Shown: one piece after another, positions 54,383 to 62,285 of the stretch
Layout: each line of letters begins with the position of its first letter
Numbering within the stretch: position 1 is the first letter of the stretch
Assembly (NCBI GenBank): GCA_040307715.1
Contig: JAWRJC010000026.1
Location: 14,571-78,570, forward strand
Reading direction: 5' to 3'
DNA: 64,000 nt
Source of the DNA: Clostridiales bacterium
GTDB lineage: Bacteria > Bacillota > Clostridia > Peptostreptococcales > Anaerovoracaceae
Program-made: the position numbers and the translations under genes
Notes under the pieces: generated by a model
Told to the model about the DNA's origin: nothing
The model's database searches: none
The model's input: only the letters and a program-made list of their open reading frames with translations

Positions 54383-54862
54383 CTATTCAGTTCTCATCTT
54401 GACAGTGTATTCATCCACATCGACTTTGAAAACGCTGACGATCTTCGCCATCTTTTCGTTGATTTCGAAGTCTTTGCCGGTCTGCAGCTTCATAAGCGCT
54501 TTGAGGCCTTTGATCTTCTCTTCCGGATCCTCGAGCAGACACACCTTGCCGCGCGCCATGACGCTGGAGAACGTCGCGCCGTTGTCGCAGGCAATGTCGG
54601 AATACATCAGTTCCTCATCCGTATCGATCTCTACGAACGCGCGCCCGTCTGCCTTTACGAGGTCGACTTTATGGCCTTCTCTGGCACCGTGCATGTAGAA
54701 AGTCAGTTTGCCCTCTTCATCCATCTCGTACCCGTAATGAAGCGGCACGATGTACGGATACCCTTCATCAAACAGCCCCAGGTGCAGCACACGCGCCTTG
54801 TTCAGGATCTCGCGGATCACTGCAGGGTCCTTCACTTCTCTGTCTTTTCTCCTCATTTCCAT
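54383..54862 (-). CDS. pyridoxamine 5'-phosphate oxidase-fold flavoprotein (COG3467 / Nim-like)
   Basis: 159 aa. The N-terminus MRRKDREVKDPAVIREILNKARVLHLGLFDEGYPYIVPLHYGY is typical of the NimA-like split-barrel family. Confidence 0.75.
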   Translation of the reverse strand: MEMRRKDREVKDPAVIREILNKARVLHLGLFDEGYPYIVPLHYGYEMDEEGKLTFYMHGAREGHKVDLVKADGRAFVEIDTDEELMYSDIACDNGATFSSVMARGKVCLLEDPEEKIKGLKALMKLQTGKDFEINEKMAKIVSVFKVDVDEYTVKMRTE

Positions 54863-54885
54863 GGCATCAGCCCCCCTTCGCAGCT

Positions 54886-54915
54886 ATTATAACATGCAGC
54901 CAAAACCTTGACCAA
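54886..54915 (-). promoter_or_regulatory. putative sigma-A promoter (extended -10) of the PNPOx-family gene
   Basis: Minus strand reads TTGGTC (54910-54915), an 18 nt spacer, then TGtTATAAT (54886-54894). Confidence 0.5.
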
Positions 54916-54983
54916 TCACTGGTCTTGATGCACCGCATCAGTTTCAGCAATCACTCTCCTGCCGCAGCAAGTTCCTGTTCCTT

Positions 54984-55730
54984 TTACTTGAACACCACTC
55001 TGGCAGCAAAGGCTTCCTGTGTGTCTTTGGCACCTGTCACCAGGACCTCCTCCGCACTCTCAAAACGCCGCAGAGCAACCGTGTCACCGGCGGACAATTC
55101 CCCGTGGAAATAAAACTCCAGGCAGACCGCCTCCGCAAGGCGCGCTCTGGCTTCTTCGGACATCGTATCGTACAGGAACTCCCCGTAACGGCTGTTGTTC
55201 ACGTGGTTGGACGCGTCGATCATGGACGGATAGACAAGGCGGGTCTCTATGTCCTCAAGATCGTACTTTTTCGTTTTGAAACGCGCTTTTTTGCCGGGAT
55301 AAAGAGGCGGTTCCTCGCGCAGATCCATTGCGGCAGGCGCTTCCTCTCCGCGGTAGATCTCGCGCTTCTTCACATCGAGAAGCGTCCACATCGAACCAAC
55401 GCCGAAGACATCTTCCCCTGCCTCATTGCGGAAAAGCATGTCTCTGCCGTACATCCCGTGCCGCCAGCCCGTGCACCAGGTCTTTGCCGTCAGCACATCG
55501 TTCTGCCGGACCGGTGCGAGCAGATGGACCTCCATCGCCAGGAGCACCCAGGCAACGCCGAACTCTTCCATGAGCTTTGCGTTGTTCGCATTGAACGCTT
55601 TGACGTGCTGGTCCGCCAGGTCCGTGGCTTTGCGCAGATACGCATCCGGCCGGAGGATCCCGTTCTCGTTGAACAGCCCTGTGCCAAAGGGCACGCTGTA
55701 ATTGTAATCGCTCTCTTTCCTATCTCCCAT
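54984..55730 (-). CDS. acyl-ACP thioesterase family protein (double hot-dog fold)
   Basis: The sequence is VAWVLLAMEVHLLAPVRQNDVLTAKTW...IDASNHVNNSRYGEFLYD (the HVNN motif of PF01643-type thioesterases). The ATG is at 55730. Confidence 0.78.
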   Translation of the reverse strand: MGDRKESDYNYSVPFGTGLFNENGILRPDAYLRKATDLADQHVKAFNANNAKLMEEFGVAWVLLAMEVHLLAPVRQNDVLTAKTWCTGWRHGMYGRDMLFRNEAGEDVFGVGSMWTLLDVKKREIYRGEEAPAAMDLREEPPLYPGKKARFKTKKYDLEDIETRLVYPSMIDASNHVNNSRYGEFLYDTMSEEARARLAEAVCLEFYFHGELSAGDTVALRRFESAEEVLVTGAKDTQEAFAARVVFK

Positions 55731-55734
55731 CGTT

Positions 55735-56292
55735 TTATTCTCCAATCGCTGCAGGCGCATCGTCATAGATGACCCCGCAGCCCATCGCTTTGATGACCCG
55801 GCGCATGTCACCGACCGTCATGGTCACCGTTGCACGGTTATCATTCGGGTGGAAACTGATCTCTTCGCTGTCCGGCGCAGAGGCGACCGACCGGCCGACG
55901 ACCAGCGTCACCGCATGCTCCTTGTCATTGAGGAGACCGAACACCGAGCAGGCACCGGTCGTGACCCCGAGATACTGCAAGAGTTCTTCATCGTCACAGA
56001 ACGCGATCCGCCGGCTCCAGCCGACGACGTCACGGTACCCCTTGATATCGAGCCGCTCATCCCAGAGGAGCAGGACCAGATAGTACCGGTCCGCCCGGGT
56101 GTCGCGCACGAAAAGGTTCTTGATGTGGAGCCCGTCGAACTTGAAATCACTCTTCTCCACATCATCGCAGGTCAGGAATGCTTCGTGTCTGGTCAGGGTG
56201 TACTCGATCCCGAGCTGATCCAGCAACTCATAGACCGGCACTTCATTCGGGCTCTTCGCTTCTGCAATCGCTTTTTTTGTATCCTCTCTCAT
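55735..56292 (-). CDS. YbaK/ProX-type aminoacyl-tRNA trans-editing domain protein
   Basis: The sequence is LGIEYTLTRHEAFLTCDD...HIKNLFVRD...YYLVLL...GACSVFGLLND. The ATG at 56292 overlaps the nth stop (ATGA). Confidence 0.78.
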   Translation of the reverse strand: MREDTKKAIAEAKSPNEVPVYELLDQLGIEYTLTRHEAFLTCDDVEKSDFKFDGLHIKNLFVRDTRADRYYLVLLLWDERLDIKGYRDVVGWSRRIAFCDDEELLQYLGVTTGACSVFGLLNDKEHAVTLVVGRSVASAPDSEEISFHPNDNRATVTMTVGDMRRVIKAMGCGVIYDDAPAAIGE

Positions 56293-56933
56293 CAGACTCC
56301 CCGTTTCAAACACAGATCCACCAGCGGGCACGTGTCACACTGCGGATTTCTCGCACTGCAGCACCGTCTGCCGTGGAAAATGATCGTGTGGTGCGCTTCG
56401 GTCCAGCGGTCCTGCGGAATCGCCCTCTTCAGTTGTTCCTCCGTTTTGAACACATCTTTGGCATCAGCCAGTCCGATACGGTTGCTGACACGGAACACGT
56501 GCGTATCCACCGCGATCCGCTGATGCCCGAAGGCCTCCGCCATCACGACATTTGCCGTCTTCTGCCCGACGCCGGGCAGCGCCTGCAGCTTTTTCTGGTC
56601 ATCCGGCACCTTGCCGTCATACTGTTCGACCAGCGCCGCCGCCTGCTCGACGAGCCGCTGCGACTTCGTTTTATAAAGACCGATCGTACGGATGATCCGC
56701 GCGATGTCCGCCGGATCCGCCTCCGCCATCGCGAAGACATCCGGATACGCCGCGAACAGCGCCGGTGTGACCTTGTTGACGCTTACGTCCGTTGTCTGCG
56801 CGGACAGCGTGACAGCGACAAGCAGTTCATACGGGTCACAGTGATCGAGCGCGCAGCCTGCCTCGGGATAGGCCTCCCGCAGGCGGTCCAGCACCTCAAC
56901 GGTCTGTGCTTTTGTCAGTCTCTTCCTCGGCAT
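56292..56933 (-). CDS. nth: endonuclease III
   Basis: The sequence is ELLVAVTLSAQTTDVSVNKVT...LPGVGQKTANVV (HhH)...VDTHVFR...CSARNPQCDTCPLVDLC (4Fe-4S). The ATG at 56933 overlaps the upstream gene by 38 nt. A GTG at 56894 is the non-overlapping alternative. Confidence 0.92.
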   Translation of the reverse strand: MPRKRLTKAQTVEVLDRLREAYPEAGCALDHCDPYELLVAVTLSAQTTDVSVNKVTPALFAAYPDVFAMAEADPADIARIIRTIGLYKTKSQRLVEQAAALVEQYDGKVPDDQKKLQALPGVGQKTANVVMAEAFGHQRIAVDTHVFRVSNRIGLADAKDVFKTEEQLKRAIPQDRWTEAHHTIIFHGRRCCSARNPQCDTCPLVDLCLKRGV

Positions 56934-57639
56934 TCTTCTGCTCCTTTTCTTCCGGATGATACAGGACGAACTCCGGCATCTTCCGCGGAGTATCCCGGTG
57001 CTCAGCCGCACCGCCCTGCCGCATCTTTTTTCCGATACGGCGCTCGAAAACATACGCGCATTCCGACAGGATCACATCATAGGCTGCAAACACAGCCCAG
57101 CCGCCAATGCAAAGGACCGCAGCGGGAAGATCCGCTGCAGAAGGCAGGAACGAAAACCCCGCCTCTCCAAGGAACAGACCCTTGAACCCAATGTAAAGCG
57201 TCAGAAAGGCAGCCACATAATAGACCGTCTTGAGCGCCAGGCAACCAATCCTCTTCGGCAGCACCCCTCCGCGCAGGAGGCCCCCTGCTGTGTCTGTCAC
57301 CTTCTCCAGTCCCCATTTGACCAGCGGGTACAGCCCGAACACCAATGCCAGCGGGATCACCGCCAGTTTATCCGGTACGAGCAGGAAGCCCAGCAGACAT
57401 GCCGCCGCATAAAGTACGAAACCGCCTGCTATCCCCGTTTCTTCACAAAACACATAGATCCCGCAGGAGGCAACGAGCAGGAGTGTCATCTCCGCGCCGG
57501 GCACGACGCTGCTCATAAACACGCCTGCTATGCAAAGAGCCAGCAGGATGCCTCCGAGCGCCATGTGGTACGCGGAGAGCCCCTTCCGGCCCGTCGTCTG
57601 CTGATTTTTCATTGCTTTTCCGGTCATCCTGTCTTTCAT
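56896..57639 (-). CDS. polytopic membrane protein of unknown function
   Basis: 247 aa with about 6 hydrophobic segments and an acidic/Lys-rich C-terminal tail. The ATG at 57639 lies 9 nt after the J-protein stop. I see no recognisable catalytic motif. Confidence 0.6.
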   Translation of the reverse strand: MKDRMTGKAMKNQQTTGRKGLSAYHMALGGILLALCIAGVFMSSVVPGAEMTLLLVASCGIYVFCEETGIAGGFVLYAAACLLGFLLVPDKLAVIPLALVFGLYPLVKWGLEKVTDTAGGLLRGGVLPKRIGCLALKTVYYVAAFLTLYIGFKGLFLGEAGFSFLPSAADLPAAVLCIGGWAVFAAYDVILSECAYVFERRIGKKMRQGGAAEHRDTPRKMPEFVLYHPEEKEQKNAEEETDKSTDR

Positions 57640-57647
57640 GCGCGGTC

Positions 57648-58247
57648 CTAGAAGCAGTTGCAGCAGCAATCCGCACACAGATAGCACTGGCACGCCTGAC
57701 AGAATGCGTCCTCATAGGAGTACCCCTGCCCCTGCGAAACATTGCGGTAACGGCTGCCCATCCCTGCGAGCGTGTTACGGGCACGCTGATACTCATAATT
57801 GGCAGGATCCATATTGCAGGCCTGATCGATCTTGGAATAGGCATCGTCGAACATACCGCGCTTGTAGCTGATCATCCCGGACAGGAAGATCCACTCCGCA
57901 TTGCGGGTGCTGACACCGGCAAGCGCCGCCTCCGCTTCCGCAAGCCGCCCCGCATCGATGTCGCGGCGCACCTGCTGGAAAACCGGGTCGTTTGCGCTGC
58001 TGCCGGTATAGGAACTGCTGTATGTGCCGCTCTGATACGTGCCGCTGCTGTAATTGCCGCCCGGCTGCCGCATCAGCGTCTCGTACGCCTCGTTGACCTC
58101 GCGCAGTTTTTCTTCCGCGAGATCCGCGAGCGGATTGTCCTGATACTTGTCAGGATGGTATTTCTTCACCAGTTCTCTATAGGCTGCTTTGATTTCTTCT
58201 TCCGAGGCACCCTGCCGGATGCCGAGGACTTCATAGGGGTCTCTCAT
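57648..58247 (-). CDS. J-domain co-chaperone with a TPR-like middle region and a C-terminal cysteine string
   Basis: The J domain is [33 protein letters not shown] (HPD motif). The tail is [17 protein letters not shown], with 8 Cys in the last 17 residues. The ATG at 58247 overlaps the upstream stop (TGATG). Confidence 0.85.
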   Translation of the reverse strand: MRDPYEVLGIRQGASEEEIKAAYRELVKKYHPDKYQDNPLADLAEEKLREVNEAYETLMRQPGGNYSSGTYQSGTYSSSYTGSSANDPVFQQVRRDIDAGRLAEAEAALAGVSTRNAEWIFLSGMISYKRGMFDDAYSKIDQACNMDPANYEYQRARNTLAGMGSRYRNVSQGQGYSYEDAFCQACQCYLCADCCCNCF

Positions 58248-59161
58248 CAATTGTTTCCTCTCAGTTTTTCAAGCACTTTGTCCGTCTGCCGCAGCAGGCC
58301 GAACTGCACTATATTCTTAATTATATCTGTATGGCGTCTGATTTCAAGAAGATCCAGACTGCCCGCCATATCCGCCAGACACGACAGGAGGATCCGCTCG
58401 GCATCATCATGTACCCGTTTGCTGAAATCTTCCTTTGTTTCGGCTGAAGAGTCGTACAGGAACCGCTCTTTGAACGGATTGTAGCCGCCCGAGGCGATGT
58501 CCTCCGCCAGATCGTCCGCCGCATCGACCAGATAGATCCAGCGGCCCATCTGATACCCGAACTGCGCCAGTACGCGCTGCTCAGCCTGCAATGCGCGGCT
58601 GCCGGAGGCTTCCCCGCCGGCTGTCCGCACAGCGTTCTGCCCTTCCGTCAGAATGGCTTCCATGATCCTGCCGGTCGGGTCCGCCGCCTCGTCGCAGGAC
58701 GCGCACTGCTGCGATTCCAGAGCGGTCTGTCTGGCAAGCTGTGCCGCAAGGACGCCGCCGAGATCCGGCCGCACCTGCTCGATCTGCCTTTTCGCGCCGC
58801 GCAGACAGCGCGCTGCGGCAGCTGCTTTGACGGAATGTTCATCCTGCCGGTCGTCTTCCATCTTGTAATACGCGAGCAACAGCATCACGTCGGCTGCAAA
58901 GTCCACAGCCGTCTCCCGCACCACCAGTTTTTCCTTTACCGGGTGCGCGAGGCAGCGCTCTTTGCTGAGGCTGTAGTCTTCCGGTTCGGTCAGTCCTGCC
59001 AGAAGCAGCGCGATGAAAGCCGCGTCAAACGTCAGCGCCATCCGGGGGATCTGGCCGTACCGTGCGCCGATGGACTTGCAGACACCGCAATAATACGCAT
59101 TGTAGCGCTCCCAGTCCTTCATCTTCAGTTCCGCTTTATCGCATGTGACATATCCAAACAT
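58247..59161 (-). CDS. DUF5685-like helical protein of unknown function
   Basis: The N-terminus is [47 protein letters not shown] recall this pattern as DUF5685 from memory, not from a search. The ATG at 59161 is preferred. Confidence 0.6.
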   Translation of the reverse strand: MFGYVTCDKAELKMKDWERYNAYYCGVCKSIGARYGQIPRMALTFDAAFIALLLAGLTEPEDYSLSKERCLAHPVKEKLVVRETAVDFAADVMLLLAYYKMEDDRQDEHSVKAAAAARCLRGAKRQIEQVRPDLGGVLAAQLARQTALESQQCASCDEAADPTGRIMEAILTEGQNAVRTAGGEASGSRALQAEQRVLAQFGYQMGRWIYLVDAADDLAEDIASGGYNPFKERFLYDSSAETKEDFSKRVHDDAERILLSCLADMAGSLDLLEIRRHTDIIKNIVQFGLLRQTDKVLEKLRGNN

Positions 59162-59244
59162 ATCAGTATTATACACTACAGAAGCGGGTCTTTGATACCG
59201 GAATCGCAGGCAGCCGGATTTCTGTTCCCGGAAGCGGATGCGGG

Positions 59245-59273
59245 TTGACTCACCGGCCGTTTGTTTGTATAAT
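59245..59273 (+). promoter_or_regulatory. near-consensus sigma-A promoter of the GntR-family gene
   Basis: TTGACT (59245-59250), a 17 nt spacer, then TATAAT (59268-59273). Confidence 0.7.
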
Positions 59274-59283
59274 CGTATACAAA
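59264..59283. promoter_or_regulatory. perfect 8-4-8 inverted repeat TTTGTATA-atcg-TATACAAA (FadR/GntR-type operator) overlapping the -10
   Basis: Read directly. A third half-site, TATACAAA, recurs at 59292-59299. Confidence 0.65.
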
Positions 59284-59318
59284 TCTACAATTATACAAAT
59301 TCAGCGGCGCAGCATCCG

Positions 59319-60017
59319 ATGCAGCGCCTTGTTCAGAAAGGAATCCCCGTGGCAGTCACCGTAAAAAGTCTTACCGGCATCAAACAGACCGCAGCTTCCC
59401 TCTCGGAAGACCTGGCCGCTCGTATCCGTGAAGATATCCTGAGCGGCAAACTCAAAGACCGGAGCAAGCTCACCGAGCAGACCATCTGCGACCAGTACAA
59501 AGTCAGCAGGACCCCCGTTCGTGAAGCGCTGTCCAAACTCGAGGTGGAAGGACTGGTGGAAAGCATCCCCAACCGCGGCGCCTTCGTCCGCGGGCTTTCA
59601 CAGCAGGACATGGCAGACATCCTGACCATGCGCGAGATCTACGAGGTCCAGGCAGTGCGCTGGGCGGTCGAACGGATCACCGATGAAGAAATGGATGAAC
59701 TGGAGGAGAACTTTGAATTCATGGAGTTTTACACCATGAAGAACGATATTGAAAAAATGCTCAATATCAACCGCAGTTTCCATCAGATGATCTACCGCGC
59801 CTCACACAACCGCATGCTCGTGCAGTTGCTCTCCGCCTACCAGAACTATATCCGTCACGATACCGGCGCGCTCTCCCACACCGAGGACTATCTGCAGACT
59901 GTTCTGAGCGAGCACCGGCGGATCTTTCTGGCGATCCGTGAGCGCAACGAGGAGGAAGCCATAAGAGCAATGACCGATCACATGCATCACTCTGTCCTGC
60001 GGCACCGCGGAGAGTGA
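59319..60017 (+). CDS. GntR-family transcriptional regulator, FadR subfamily (FCD ligand domain)
   Basis: The wHTH is LTEQTICDQYKVSRTPVREALSKLEVEGLVESIPNRGAFV, followed by a helical FCD-like C-domain. The start is uncertain. The ATG at 59319 lacks an SD, whereas the GTG at 59349 has an AAAGGAA SD. Confidence 0.85.
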   Translation: MQRLVQKGIPVAVTVKSLTGIKQTAASLSEDLAARIREDILSGKLKDRSKLTEQTICDQYKVSRTPVREALSKLEVEGLVESIPNRGAFVRGLSQQDMADILTMREIYEVQAVRWAVERITDEEMDELEENFEFMEFYTMKNDIEKMLNINRSFHQMIYRASHNRMLVQLLSAYQNYIRHDTGALSHTEDYLQTVLSEHRRIFLAIRERNEEEAIRAMTDHMHHSVLRHRGE

Positions 60018-60041
60018 TCCCGCAAAATCAAATAGCAGACT

Positions 60042-60072
60042 AAAAAACCGGCTCCTCAGAGCCGGTTTTTTT
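60042..60072. terminator. bidirectional rho-independent terminator (GntR gene / lipoprotein gene)
   Basis: AAAAAACCGGCTC-ctca-GAGCCGGTTTTTTT. Confidence 0.85.
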
Positions 60073-60092
60073 CGGTGTATGGCAGGCAGAGA

Positions 60093-60470
60093 CTATTCCG
60101 CCTTTTCCAAGGTGACAATGAAATCATCACCAAAATCAACAACCAGCTGGCCGCTGTCATTCAGTGCGCCGCTCATATCGGAACCGGTAGCGTCAGTGAT
60201 GCTGATGCCATCATCCGTGGCTTCCCACTTGCCTTCGCCGTCCGCTTCGCCGTTGGTGGTCGCAGCCAGCGTGCCGTCCTCGTTGATCACGAGTGTGAAC
60301 TCAAGAGCAACATCTTCCGGTGCCATCTCAACACCGCCGTAGCTGATGTTAACAGCATTCCAGGTGCCGACATAGGGGCTCTCTTCCTTGCTGCCGCCAC
60401 AGGATACCAGTGCCATGACCATCGTCATGAGCAGGCAGACGACGAGCAGTTTTGCTACGTTTTTCTTCAT
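60093..60470 (-). CDS. small lipoprotein of unknown function
   Basis: Signal peptide with a lipobox (MKKNVAKLLVVCLLMTMVMALVSC-GGSKEE). The mature part is beta-rich and acidic. Confidence 0.7.
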   Translation of the reverse strand: MKKNVAKLLVVCLLMTMVMALVSCGGSKEESPYVGTWNAVNISYGGVEMAPEDVALEFTLVINEDGTLAATTNGEADGEGKWEATDDGISITDATGSDMSGALNDSGQLVVDFGDDFIVTLEKAE

Positions 60471-60539
60471 GATTGATTTCTCCTTACTTTGTTCTCGCAG
60501 CCATCCGCGCCGTGCGGCGGACGTCTTTGCACAAAAAAT

Positions 60540-60568
60540 ATTTTAAATATTTATGCACGGATTGTCAA
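60540..60568 (-). promoter_or_regulatory. putative sigma-A promoter of the lipoprotein gene
   Basis: Minus strand reads TTGACA (60563-60568), a 17 nt spacer, then TAAAAT (60540-60545). Confidence 0.6.
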
Positions 60569-60583
60569 CCGACACGAGGCAGC

Positions 60584-61297
60584 TCACAAGACCGCGAACA
60601 CGATCGAAAGACACCAGTTCAGCGCCGGCGTCAGGATCTTCCCGCTCAGATCGAAGATGATGAACGCCGCCAGGAAGAAATAGCTGTTGCGGTAGACCGT
60701 GCTCCACCAGCTGTATCTTTGCAGTCCGAAGATCTCCGTGATCAGATTGAATCCGTCCAGCGGCGGGATCGGCATCAGGTTGAAGATCATCAGGACCAGA
60801 TTGATCACGATCACATCCAGCACAATCGTGAAGACCGCGCCGGTCATCCCTGTCTGCGCATATCCCAGTGTCATATAGATGATCTTGAGGATCCCTGTGA
60901 AGATCACGGCAATGAGCAGATTCATCGTGACCCCCGCTAAAGAGACGAGGATATTGTCTCTTCTGGGGTGCTTGAAGTTGCGTTCATCCACCGGAACAGG
61001 AATGCCCCAGCCAAAGCCCAGGATCAGGAGCGACACAAAGCCGACGATGTCGATGTGCGCGGCGGGATTGATCGTCACCCGTCCCTGGCGGTCCGCCGTC
61101 TCATCGCCGAGTTTTTTGGCGACCCAGGCGTGCGCGAATTCATGAAAAGAAAGCCCCACGATGATCCCGGGCAGGATATAGACCTTCTGCATGACCCAGT
61201 CCATCGGTGACGCGTAACTGTGCATCCCCTGCCGGAACGCCAGCGTGACCATCAGTGCGAGCATCATGATCACCATGGGGTTAAACCGTTGTCTCAT
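60584..61297 (-). CDS. site-2 protease family (M50) membrane zinc metalloprotease
   Basis: HExxH within a TM helix ([16 protein letters not shown]), a downstream LDG motif (PIPPLDGFN), and a polytopic profile. It overlaps the recR stop by 4 nt. Confidence 0.8.
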   Translation of the reverse strand: MRQRFNPMVIMMLALMVTLAFRQGMHSYASPMDWVMQKVYILPGIIVGLSFHEFAHAWVAKKLGDETADRQGRVTINPAAHIDIVGFVSLLILGFGWGIPVPVDERNFKHPRRDNILVSLAGVTMNLLIAVIFTGILKIIYMTLGYAQTGMTGAVFTIVLDVIVINLVLMIFNLMPIPPLDGFNLITEIFGLQRYSWWSTVYRNSYFFLAAFIIFDLSGKILTPALNWCLSIVFAVL

Positions 61298-61893
61298 AAC
61301 TGTCTGCGCCCCTCCATAGCGATCAGCAGCGTATCCTCATCGGTATACTCAAGGTCGCCGCCCACCGGGATACCGTGCGCGATGCGCGTAACTTTGATAC
61401 CGGTCGGCTTGATGAGGCGCGCAATGTACATCGCGGTCGCTTCTCCTTCGATATTGGGATTGGTCGCGATGATGACCTCATTTACCGTACTGTCCTGCAG
61501 CCGGATAATGAGTTCTTTCAGATTGATATCCTCCGGTCCGATACCGTCCATCGGAGAGATCACACCGTGCAGGACGTGATAAAGCCCGTGGTATTCGCGG
61601 ATCCGCTCCATGGCGTACACATCCCGTGCGTTCTCGACCACGCAAATGACATTCCTGTCGCGGGACGGATCCTGACAGATCGCACACGGATCGCGGTCGG
61701 TCAGATTGCCGCAGCAGGAACAGTACCGCATTTCCCGTTTGGCGGTCGTCATGGCAGCCGCAAGAGAATCCACTTCCGCCTCATCGAGAGACAGGATGTG
61801 GAAAGCCAGCCGCTGCGCGGTTTTGCCGCCGATCCCGGGGAGTTTGGACAGTTCGCCGATGAGTCTTGTCAGTGGTTTGGCGTACCCTTTCAT
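61294..61893 (-). CDS. recR: recombination protein RecR
   Basis: HhH ([14 protein letters not shown]), Cys4 zinc finger (CSCCGNLT...CAIC) and Toprim domain (ICVVENARD). Confidence 0.96.
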   Translation of the reverse strand: MKGYAKPLTRLIGELSKLPGIGGKTAQRLAFHILSLDEAEVDSLAAAMTTAKREMRYCSCCGNLTDRDPCAICQDPSRDRNVICVVENARDVYAMERIREYHGLYHVLHGVISPMDGIGPEDINLKELIIRLQDSTVNEVIIATNPNIEGEATAMYIARLIKPTGIKVTRIAHGIPVGGDLEYTDEDTLLIAMEGRRQL

Positions 61894-61914
61894 CCCAACG
61901 CTGCTCCGTTCCGT

Positions 61915-62274
61915 TTACAGGATCCCCGCGGGCAGTCCGAGGCTGCCGGTCAGTTTGTTCATCTCGTTGTTGGAGATCTCCTCCATCTGACGCAGCGCTT
62001 CGTTGACTGCCGTCAGGATCAGATCCTGCAGCATTTCGATATCGTCCGGATCGACGACTTCCGGCTGCAGATTGATCTCCAGCACTTCCTTCTTGCCGTT
62101 GACCTTGACGCTGACTGCGCCGCCTCCGGAAGAAGCCGTCGTTTCCATCTCATTGATCTCTTCCTGCAGCGCTTCCATCTTGGCCTGCATCGCCTGCATA
62201 GCCTGGACCTGCTTCTGCATGTTGCCGCCGCCCTGCGGACGGGGCTTTCTTCCGGCTCTCATTCCTTTGCCCAT
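61915..62274 (-). CDS. ybaB: YbaB/EbfC nucleoid-associated protein
   Basis: 119 aa. The sequence is QAMQAKMEALQEEI...SSGGGAVSVKVNGKKEVLEINLQPEVVDPDDIEMLQDLILTAVNEAL. Confidence 0.93.
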   Translation of the reverse strand: MGKGMRAGRKPRPQGGGNMQKQVQAMQAMQAKMEALQEEINEMETTASSGGGAVSVKVNGKKEVLEINLQPEVVDPDDIEMLQDLILTAVNEALRQMEEISNNEMNKLTGSLGLPAGIL

Positions 62275-62285
62275 TGTATCCTCCT

